This document shows, in pieces, positions 28,020-34,201 of a stretch of DNA of 37,996 bases. The DNA is taken from positions 1 to 37,996 of IMG/VR virus record IMGVR_UViG_3300033067_001864. One strand, given 5' to 3'. Origin of the DNA: a virus (taxonomy: Duplodnaviria; Caudoviricetes). Position 1 is the stretch's first letter. The number at the start of each line of letters is the position of its first letter. The notes below the pieces were generated by a model. The model was given only the letters and a program-made list of their open reading frames with translations, ran no database searches and had not been told where the DNA came from. A program made the position numbers and the translations under genes.

Positions 28020-28106
28020 TTACGCCGCCTCTTCCGTCTCCTCGTCCGAGGATTCGTCGGTCGCCTCTTCAGCGCCTTCAGCTCCCTCCTTCTTTTCTTC
28101 GTCCAT
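28020..28106 (-). CDS. Acidic micro-protein (28 aa)
   Basis: MDEEKKEGAEGAEEATDESSDEETEEAA*, with 14 of 28 residues D/E and an alternative in-frame ATG at 28112. Lies downstream of extended -10 TGGTATTCT. Below the ORF-track cut-off. Confidence 0.55.
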   Translation of the reverse strand: MDEEKKEGAEGAEEATDESSDEETEEAA

Positions 28107-28174
28107 GATCATGATCGATTACTGGTATCCCCGAAGAATACCATCCGGACGTTCGACGAACGCTAGCGCAAGCG

Positions 28175-28419
28175 TGTGGACGTGGATTCCTCTTCTTATT
28201 TTTTATATATAAAGAAGATGATTATTATGATGGCTGTGAATATGTGGAAATCTTTTTTCAGCCTTATTTCAAAAGGGTCGTACGAGATTCGCTTTTGCGC
28301 TTCGTGTGGATAGCGCATGGGGATACCGGGGAGAACTTTTCATCGACGCTTCACGTCCACAGTTTTTCCACACCAATGCGAACAGGATATTCACATAGTT
28401 ATCCCCCACTTTTTCCCCA
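28175..28419. other. Putative replication origin (AT-rich tract plus DnaA-box-like 9-mers)
   Basis: AT-rich tract 28191-28230. Boxes: TGTGGACGT 28175, TGTGAATAT 28235, TGTGGAAAT 28243, TGTGGATAG 28305, ACGTCCACA 28353, TTTTCCACA 28364 (matches TTWTNCACA), ATATTCACA 28387, TTTTCCCCA 28411. Confidence 0.5.
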
Positions 28420-28780
28420 GTCCGGATCCATGCGCGAGTTCCGACGCGGCACGCGCCATGACGAGCCGGACCTTCTCGACCGGCGCTTCTATTCCCTCTT
28501 TCGTTAGGAGTATGGAGATCTCTGTAGACGTGAGCTCCTGTTCGCGGAGATCCTTTATACGTTCACGAAGCTCCGGCGTGAAGACGGAACTTTCGTCCTT
28601 CAATCTTTCGCCGATGCTCTTGTCTCCGCGGGAGTTGATGATGCCGGCACGTTGCGCGGCTCCCTTTATCGCGTATACGTTTCCGATCGTCAGGCCGTGC
28701 TTTTCTGCAACGTCGGCCGGTTTCATCTTCGCCGCAAGGTCCGCGATCACGGCGTCCTTGTCGTACTTGATGCGTCGCAC
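28391..28780 (-). CDS. Helix-turn-helix DNA-binding protein
   Basis: PADVAEKHGLTIGNVYAIK HTH, and a second HTH-like segment LTSTEISILLTKEG. Confidence 0.65.
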   Translation of the reverse strand: MRRIKYDKDAVIADLAAKMKPADVAEKHGLTIGNVYAIKGAAQRAGIINSRGDKSIGERLKDESSVFTPELRERIKDLREQELTSTEISILLTKEGIEAPVEKVRLVMARAASELAHGSGLGKKWGITM

Positions 28781-28836
28781 TTCCCTTTTTATCGCACGCT
28801 CGCGAGCTTCGGTATAGGAGGCGATGTGTATGGAGG

Positions 28837-29064
28837 CTATGAATGATTCACGCGGCGCGTGCCGAGGGAATGGAACTCCTCTACGATCGGCTCGATCTGC
28901 GCGAGCGATGCGCGCATCTCCTTCACGATCTTCACGAGCTCTTCCGCCTTCGTCGGCGGAAGCATGACGTCGCTATTCTCGTACGCATCCTGCATCTCGA
29001 TAGCCGCGGCTCCGAGCGCTGTATTCGCCATACGCATCTTCCCCATTACTTCGGTTCCGTTCAT
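28837..29064 (-). CDS. Hypothetical protein (75 aa)
   Basis: Helical ORF coupled to the upstream gene (ATGA). Confidence 0.65.
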   Translation of the reverse strand: MNGTEVMGKMRMANTALGAAAIEMQDAYENSDVMLPPTKAEELVKIVKEMRASLAQIEPIVEEFHSLGTRRVNHS

Positions 29065-29249
29065 CGTGAATTGAGCTTATCGAGAAGCGCGCGCTTCTTC
29101 TCGTCGGTAATAAAGAACGGGCATCGAGTGTTGTAGTACGTATCGAGAAGACCACACTCCCATCCGTTCGCGGTGCGCGTGAGCTTATTGCCGTCAGTCG
29201 GGCATTTGTTCGCGCGTAGGTTTTTCCAATTCTTCGCCATAAAAGACAT
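29061..29249 (-). CDS. Small zinc-ribbon-like protein
   Basis: CPTDG…WEC…RCPFFI. The start could be 29240. Confidence 0.6.
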   Translation of the reverse strand: MSFMAKNWKNLRANKCPTDGNKLTRTANGWECGLLDTYYNTRCPFFITDEKKRALLDKLNSR

Positions 29250-29252
29250 TCT

Positions 29253-29636
29253 CTAGGACACTTGTCCTTTATCTTGTCCCATATCGATACCGAGCGCGGC
29301 GAGCGCGCTATCGACTGCGGACTTCTTCTTCGCATCATCCGTTGAACGTTCGATCGTGCCGATCAGGCGCATTGCCGCCGAGTGATTCGTGATCAGCATA
29401 TTCAGAAGACCGGCGAACGCTTCCATCTGCTGTACGCGCTGACGCTTCGCAACTTCCGCAATGCGCGGATCGACGTTCGCGCTCTTGAAGGCCGGGTGCT
29501 CCGCATCCGCGGCGATCTCCGAAATGCGTCCGAGATACGGCGCGAGTTTCGCGACGTCTTTCAGAATGAGCACGACCATCCGGACGAGCATCTCGTCCGT
29601 GATCGGATCAAGCGGATTACCCTTTGATTCCGGCAT
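29253..29636 (-). CDS. Hypothetical protein (127 aa)
   Basis: Start moved to ATG 29636 (MPESKGNP), overlapping the end of the RHH gene. Confidence 0.65.
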   Translation of the reverse strand: MPESKGNPLDPITDEMLVRMVVLILKDVAKLAPYLGRISEIAADAEHPAFKSANVDPRIAEVAKRQRVQQMEAFAGLLNMLITNHSAAMRLIGTIERSTDDAKKKSAVDSALAALGIDMGQDKGQVS

Positions 29637-29793
29637 ACGCCTCTTCGATAACGACGCGAATCGCCGCGGCATTCTTCACGCCGCGCTTCTTCGCTATCGC
29701 CTTCAGCATCTTGCGATGCTTCGGGTACACGCGATCGCCTAGCGGCGTCGCCTTGTCTTCGACCTTCGGTTTAGCCTGACCTTTCTTATCCAT
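29617..29793 (-). CDS. Ribbon-helix-helix (Arc/CopG-like) transcriptional regulator
   Basis: TPLGDRVYPKHRKMLKAIAKKRGVKNAAAIRVVIEEAY fits the RHH pattern (strand, helix, G turn, helix). ATG 29793 is 7 nt after TGGTAGAGT. Confidence 0.7.
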   Translation of the reverse strand: MDKKGQAKPKVEDKATPLGDRVYPKHRKMLKAIAKKRGVKNAAAIRVVIEEAYAGIKG

Positions 29794-29800
29794 AAGGACC

Positions 29801-29876
29801 ACTCTACCACATGACCGCTAGCGCGCTAGCGGTATCCACACCGGACTTCCCTACCGCTTGCGCTTGCGGTATACTC
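29801..29876. promoter_or_regulatory. Divergent promoter pair with palindromic operators
   Basis: Leftward -10 TAGAGT (29801-29806). Perfect 20-bp palindrome ACCGCTAGCGCGCTAGCGGT (29814-29833). TACCGCTTGCGCTTGCGGTA (29852-29871) abuts the rightward -10 TATACT (29870-29875). Confidence 0.7.
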
Positions 29877-29931
29877 GCAATATCCCAAGCGGGCAAAGCT
29901 AGGGGGCGTTAGAAATAAAGATTCTTATTCT

Positions 29932-30117
29932 ATGGATATACCTGTCCCGGTTCTTATTGCTTTAGGCATCATCGCAGTCGCCATCGTGGCGTGGTTCAGT
30001 ACTGCCGGCAAGGACTATGAAGCGTGCGAGGAGTGCGGCGAGAAGCTGTACTTTTGGGATACGAAGCGTTCGGAGTGTCGGAACGTTCGATGCTCGATGT
30101 ATAAGAAGCGCGTATAA
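29932..30117 (+). CDS. Membrane-anchored small Zn-finger protein
   Basis: N-terminal hydrophobic helix followed by CEEC…CRNVRC. Confidence 0.65.
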   Translation: MDIPVPVLIALGIIAVAIVAWFSTAGKDYEACEECGEKLYFWDTKRSECRNVRCSMYKKRV

Positions 30118-30129
30118 CGAAATATACCT

Positions 30130-30450
30130 ATGGCTCAATTTGAAGAAGCGCACGGACCGAAGCCGCTAGAAGGCGAGCTCGTGCAAAAGAAGTGGCGGCT
30201 CGATGAGTGGAGGAAGTTCGTAGCGACGAACTCTATCGATACTTATTCGATGATCGTGTGCTACGTGATTCTCGAACTTTACGAACACGCGCCGCCGAAA
30301 GAAAAGGAAGCGTGTCATGCCGCGCTTCACTCGTTCTGTCCGCCGGGGCTTACAGGCGCACAGGCAGATATGGCGATCGGTTTCTATCTGTCGCATGAGG
30401 TCGAGGGGCTTCCAGATCCGGAAATGGCCGCGATCTCACAGAAGGCATGA
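30130..30450 (+). CDS. Hypothetical early protein (106 aa)
   Basis: AT-rich CTATG start within a coupled operon. Confidence 0.7.
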   Translation: MAQFEEAHGPKPLEGELVQKKWRLDEWRKFVATNSIDTYSMIVCYVILELYEHAPPKEKEACHAALHSFCPPGLTGAQADMAIGFYLSHEVEGLPDPEMAAISQKA

Positions 30451-30770
30451 AGTCCCTCCGACAGATAACGAGCGAGCGTCTCGACGATGTGATGTGTCTG
30501 GTACGTAAGACGCCGATCGACATGAACTTAGTCGCGAACGATATCAAAGCAGAAGCCGAGCATCTTATCGATCGCATCATCAAGGCATTCGGGAATTGCG
30601 AGAAGTGCTACGGCAAGGGGTACGGAACCGCAACCGAGTACATGCAGTCCTTCCCTGACTTCGGCGACGAGGAGACGTTCGATGTGAAGATGCCGGTCGT
30701 GCGGTTCTGTACGTGTCCGCGCGGCGAGCAACTTCGGAAGCTCGTATCAGCCGGTAAAGTAGCTCCCTAG
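30447..30770 (+). CDS. Hypothetical Zn-binding protein (107 aa)
   Basis: CEKCYGKG…FCTC motif. ATGA overlap with the upstream gene. Confidence 0.7.
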   Translation: MKSLRQITSERLDDVMCLVRKTPIDMNLVANDIKAEAEHLIDRIIKAFGNCEKCYGKGYGTATEYMQSFPDFGDEETFDVKMPVVRFCTCPRGEQLRKLVSAGKVAP

Positions 30771-30773
30771 AGT

Positions 30774-31001
30774 ATGGGAGAGAACTTCGAAATCAAAGCG
30801 GTCGAATCAGTAAACGAAGGGACGCTGATTCAGATCGACTTCAAGGGCGAGACGACGGGAGGGAGAATGTTCCTTCCGATACGAGACGTCTTCAAGGCGT
30901 TGAACAATTATCTTCAGACGGCGCACGAACACGCGCTCGTTCACACGTACGGATTCACGAAGGAAGATCCGGATGCGCCGGTAGCTAACTTGATCGACTG
31001 A
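30774..31001 (+). CDS. Hypothetical early protein (75 aa)
   Basis: Packed in the operon, 3 nt after the previous stop. Confidence 0.7.
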   Translation: MGENFEIKAVESVNEGTLIQIDFKGETTGGRMFLPIRDVFKALNNYLQTAHEHALVHTYGFTKEDPDAPVANLID

Positions 31002-31002
31002 T

Positions 31003-31218
31003 ATGGAAAAGACACTCTGGTATATATGGAGCATCGAACATACGGCGTGGTGGTGTCCTAAAAGCAAAGGCTACACGGGAAACATCGAAGGCGCCGGGCT
31101 CTACTCTTACAAGGAAGCGTGCGAGATCGTTCATGGAGCAAACTACACGCTTCGGTCGCAGGGAGGTCGAACACTTCCACACGAAGCGATGATCTTTGCA
31201 AAGCACGCTGACGCATGA
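31003..31218 (+). CDS. Small phage protein (Trp-rich, GYT…AGLY motif)
   Basis: WYIWSIEHTAWWCPKSKGYTGNIEGAGLYSYKEA. Packed in the operon. Confidence 0.7.
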   Translation: MEKTLWYIWSIEHTAWWCPKSKGYTGNIEGAGLYSYKEACEIVHGANYTLRSQGGRTLPHEAMIFAKHADA

Positions 31219-31424
31219 GCTGTGTCCCTTGCGAAGAAGTCGAGAAGAAAGGAGACGTCGCATACGTGCGCGTAGACAAGGCGAACGTCGGACTGATCGG
31301 ATGCGATGAACACGTCGGCAAGGTACTCGATATGCTCGATGCGTGCCGCGACATGGTAAAGAACTTCGGACTGCATCTTCCGGAAGATCCGCGGCGCGTC
31401 GTTCGTATAAAAGGATCGCTATGA
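31215..31424 (+). CDS. Small Cys/His Zn-binding protein
   Basis: CVPC…GCDEH motif. ATGA overlap. Confidence 0.65.
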   Translation: MSCVPCEEVEKKGDVAYVRVDKANVGLIGCDEHVGKVLDMLDACRDMVKNFGLHLPEDPRRVVRIKGSL

Positions 31425-31561
31425 GTAAATCCATCGGACCCTTCTCCTTCTGCCCGAAGCACAACGTCTTCTATAAGAGTTGCGGGTGCTCGTGGGAAAA
31501 GAAGAAGAAAAAGGAGAGCGACGTGATCGAGGTCGAAGACGATAAGAAGGAAGACGCATGA
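31421..31561 (+). CDS. Small Zn-binding protein (46 aa)
   Basis: Start ATG 31421 (ATGA overlap). CPKH…CGC motif. Confidence 0.55.
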   Translation: MSKSIGPFSFCPKHNVFYKSCGCSWEKKKKKESDVIEVEDDKKEDA

Positions 31562-31878
31562 GCGAGATAGCACCCTACCGGCCGCACGTGCTACTCGTGG
31601 ACGACGACGGAACCGTGATCGGCGAACGTCGCGCACAGCTCGTTCCGGGCGAGCCGGTACACCTGTCCGTGATCGAGGAGATGCGCGGCAAGAAAAAGCG
31701 CGAGCAGAAGAATAAGAGCTATCAGACGCAGATCGAGAAGCTGAAACGGGACGGGCTATACGGCTCGTCGTCGGATCCTATGTGGAATCCGCGGACCCGG
31801 ATGCATGACTGTTGCGGGGCGCCGCGCGCGTACTACCACAGGAAGGGATGCAAGGTAGCCGGGAACCGTCTCGTCTAA
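31558..31878 (+). CDS. Hypothetical protein with C-terminal Cys/His cluster
   Basis: HDCCG…YHRKGC. ATGA overlap. Confidence 0.6.
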   Translation: MSEIAPYRPHVLLVDDDGTVIGERRAQLVPGEPVHLSVIEEMRGKKKREQKNKSYQTQIEKLKRDGLYGSSSDPMWNPRTRMHDCCGAPRAYYHRKGCKVAGNRLV

Positions 31879-31923
31879 AATATGGCGTAGTTGACACCTT
31901 TTACGACTATCCCCGCCTCCCCC

Positions 31924-31951
31924 TTGCATAACCCAAGCGCTTCGGTATTAT
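31924..31951 (+). promoter_or_regulatory. Sigma70-like promoter
   Basis: TTGCAT-16 nt-TATTAT upstream of 31988. Confidence 0.5.
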
Positions 31952-31987
31952 AGCGAGACGGGAGATCCTAACCCCTTCCGTCCCACT

Positions 31988-32266
31988 ATGAAGATCATCA
32001 TCGCAGGGATCACGTGTTCGATGGGCTGTATGTATGCGGAGACGGCGGCGTGCGCGTGTTCGTGCCGCGGCGCTACGCACGGTTCGATGGTAGAGAAGCC
32101 GGTACTCGTTCCGGTAAAGTGCTCGCCGGCCGCTGAAGCGCGCTGTAAGGAAGGCAACGAGAGCGGCGCGTGCAAGTGCGCGTGCGGCGGAATCAATCAC
32201 GGCGTTTATCAGACCATACCGGACTTTGCATCCGTAAAGATTTCTCACTATGCCGAAGGATCCTAA
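31988..32266 (+). CDS. Cys-rich protein with a duplicated CxCxCxGxxHG motif
   Basis: CACSCRGATHG and CKCACGGINHG, each preceded by CS…C. Confidence 0.7.
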   Translation: MKIIIAGITCSMGCMYAETAACACSCRGATHGSMVEKPVLVPVKCSPAAEARCKEGNESGACKCACGGINHGVYQTIPDFASVKISHYAEGS

Positions 32267-32381
32267 TGCAGTAGCGCTCGGTTCGAAGGGCGGGAAGAAG
32301 ACATCCGAAGCGAAGGCGCGGACCGCTCGTGAGAACGGGAAGAAGGGAGGTCGTCCGAAGAAGAAGCCGGTCCATGAATAA
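32250..32381 (+). CDS. Small basic KGG-motif protein (43 aa)
   Basis: MPKDPNAVALGSKGGKKTSEAKARTARENGKKGGRPKKKPVHE*. CTATG start, coupled to both neighbours. Below the ORF-track cut-off. Confidence 0.65.
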   Translation: MPKDPNAVALGSKGGKKTSEAKARTARENGKKGGRPKKKPVHE

Positions 32382-32736
32382 CATCCCCACGAAGCTGAAG
32401 AAGGATCTTCTCGCGGATCCGGAATACGCGCGCTGTTCGCTTCTCGGATACCACACGTGCGGCGGCCGCATCACGCTAGAGCACGCGCTGATCTACGCCG
32501 GCCGACAGGTGCAGGAGAAGTACGCGATCATTCCGGTATGCGCGGCCGGTCAGGAGGTCGATCAATTTCAAGACGCCGGGACGATGGATAAGAACCGGAA
32601 TAAGTGGGTCGCGCTGAACCGTGCGACGGACGAAGAGATCCGATCGATCTCGAAGGCGTTCAACTACATGCGCGAGCGCGATCGTCTGAACGGAATCTAT
32701 GGCCTATATATTGCGCCCCCGGTTCCCCGTTCATAG
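32374..32736 (+). CDS. HNH/His-Me-finger-like nuclease (divergent)
   Basis: Start ATG 32374 (MNNIPTK). RC…TCGGRITLEH…IIPVC resembles the beta-beta-alpha-metal fold. Confidence 0.5.
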   Translation: MNNIPTKLKKDLLADPEYARCSLLGYHTCGGRITLEHALIYAGRQVQEKYAIIPVCAAGQEVDQFQDAGTMDKNRNKWVALNRATDEEIRSISKAFNYMRERDRLNGIYGLYIAPPVPRS

Positions 32737-32766
32737 ACATTTCATCGCTTTATGCTATTATCTCGC

Positions 32767-32870
32767 GCAAGTCCGGTTTGCGCGCGCTACGGCGCCCGTA
32801 GGCGTAAAGATCACCGTCGCCGGCACTTCGATCGAATACAGAACGAGCCGCCTTCACGGGCGGCTCGTTT
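32767..32870 (+). ncRNA. Candidate ~100-nt small RNA
   Basis: Promoter TAGACA-16-TATTAT (32734-32761, extended -10), no ATG-led ORF, internal hairpins. Ends in terminator AACGAGCCGCC…GGCGGCTCGTTT (32842-32870). Confidence 0.45.
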
Positions 32871-32885
32871 GCTATCATGCACGCA

Positions 32886-33416
32886 ATGGATCTTCTCTTC
32901 GCGGATACAGAAACGACCGGCTTCGGCGACTGCCGCATGATCGAGATCGCGCACAAGACGCCCGGAGGCAAACTCTTTACGTGCCGCGTGAAGCCGCCGA
33001 TCCCTATCGAAGCCGGCGCCACGGCCGTACACGGGATCACGGACGAAATGCTTACGCTCCTCCCGGCGTTCATCGAGCATCCGGAATACGGCACGATCAA
33101 ACGGATCATCGAGACTTCCCTCGTCGTCTTTCATAACGCGCCCTTCGATATCGCGGTCCTAGCGCGGGAGGGAATTGCGGTCCCGACGTATCTCGATACG
33201 CAGAAGATCGCGAAGCATCTCTACCCGCACGCGCCGAACCACAAGCTACAGGGCTTACGCGACTATCTGCATCTCGAAGGAGGCGACGCACATTCGGCCG
33301 GAGGCGACGTTCTCACGCTCGAATCACTCTTCGTTCAGATGCACGCAGATATGGAATTGAAAGGGACCGCGCCCGACGACGTGATCAGACAGATGATGAT
33401 CGCAACCCTACACTAA
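32886..33416 (+). CDS. DEDDh 3'-5' exonuclease (DnaQ / exonuclease X-like)
   Basis: ExoI DTETTG, VHGIT, ExoII FHNAPFD, LDT, ExoIII AHSAGGD. ATG 32886 is 7 nt after TGCTATCAT. Confidence 0.9.
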   Translation: MDLLFADTETTGFGDCRMIEIAHKTPGGKLFTCRVKPPIPIEAGATAVHGITDEMLTLLPAFIEHPEYGTIKRIIETSLVVFHNAPFDIAVLAREGIAVPTYLDTQKIAKHLYPHAPNHKLQGLRDYLHLEGGDAHSAGGDVLTLESLFVQMHADMELKGTAPDDVIRQMMIATLH

Positions 33417-33515
33417 TGCACGGTACGGTATCGAGCCGTTGCCTCCTTCAGATCTTCCCGGGTTTTTGAGGCCCGGAATCGTACCGAAGGCGCTCTACCT
33501 TTGAGCTACCCGTGC
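33417..33515 (-). tRNA. tRNA-like RNA with ~29-nt extension of the anticodon arm (atypical or possibly pseudo tRNA)
   Basis: GCACGGG-TA-GCTC-AAAGGTA-GAGC-G-CCTTC-[36 nt]-GAAGG-AGGC-AACGG-CTCGATA-CCGT-ACCGTGC-A. No encoded CCA. Extended -10 TGCTATGAT lies 6 nt upstream. Confidence 0.65.
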
Positions 33516-33671
33516 GCTTTTATCATAGCAGAACCGAACGTAGCACAATCTACATTTGACGCACATGGCCTTATTTGCCCGTAGAAGCCGCGTTCCGAGC
33601 GCGGCAATGGAATATCTCATCTGAAGGGGAAAAGATGCCTACAAAGGCAAACAAGGGCATATGCTGATGGA

Positions 33672-33835
33672 TAGGAGGCGCCCTATCAATCGAGGTCCGA
33701 CGGCTTGTTCCATCCGGACACACACCCCAAGAAAAGGCGCCTCCACCAGTTCTTTTCCCTCGAAAGGAGGTGATCCGTATCTACTGCCCGTATGGGTTTA
33801 GGACGGAAGGCCCGCGATTCTTCGCGGGCCTTTTC
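33672..33835 (+). ncRNA. Candidate structured sRNA containing a 15-nt complement of the 16S rRNA 3' end
   Basis: -10 TATGCT at 33660-33665. 5' stem GGAGGCGCC (33674) / GGCGCCTCC (33736). GAAAGGAGGTGATCC at 33762-33776. Terminator at 33807-33834. Confidence 0.55.
33807..33834. terminator. Intrinsic terminator between the candidate sRNA and the lysis genes
   Basis: AAGGCCCGCGA-TTCT-TCGCGGGCCTTTT, with the U-tract on the + strand. Confidence 0.8.
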
Positions 33836-34201
33836 CTATGAGAGAAGCGGCTTCACTTTATTCCAGTACGGCGTGGTAGCGGCGTAGAGCTTGCTCGATG
33901 GATTCCAGGCGGAGGGTCCGCCGTTCCAGATGCGCGCTCGATCTTCGTTCGTCGGAGCGCGGCCGATCGCGGCCGTCGTAGCGTAGATCGACATATAGAG
34001 CCAAAAGACAGCGAGCGACTTCGCCGTGTAGCCGAGGAGATCCGCGGCGACGAACTTCGTGCCGTACTTCTTATTCACGTCGTCGCATACCGGCTGACGG
34101 ATCTGCATCGGACCGTAGGCGTGTTCGGAAAGATGCTTATCCCCGTGTGCATTCGGATCGCCGCCGCTTTCTATCTGCATGATCGCAAAGTCTATGTTCA
34201 T
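33836..34201 (-). CDS. Lysozyme-like / lytic transglycosylase
   Basis: Motifs IMQIESGG (catalytic Glu), GPMQI, ARIWNGGP and YWNKV. Confidence 0.8.
   Translation of the reverse strand: MNIDFAIMQIESGGDPNAHGDKHLSEHAYGPMQIRQPVCDDVNKKYGTKFVAADLLGYTAKSLAVFWLYMSIYATTAAIGRAPTNEDRARIWNGGPSAWNPSSKLYAATTPYWNKVKPLLS

Noticed and set aside
33450-33486. Archaeal-type bulge-helix-bulge intron in the tRNA-like RNA
   Set aside because: A 4-bp helix with flanking bulges can be drawn, but the bulges lie 5' of the helix strands, opposite to canonical BHB geometry, and excision does not obviously restore a 7-nt loop.
33417-33515. attP site derived from a host tRNA
   Set aside because: No integrase is recognisable, and the element is a full-length tRNA-like body with its own promoter rather than a 3' fragment.
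33762-33776. 16S rRNA gene fragment or assembly chimera
   Set aside because: The match stops at 15 nt. Flanks do not continue 16S helix 45 (the minus strand reads AGATAC-GGATCACC rather than GCGG(C/T)T-GGATCACC).
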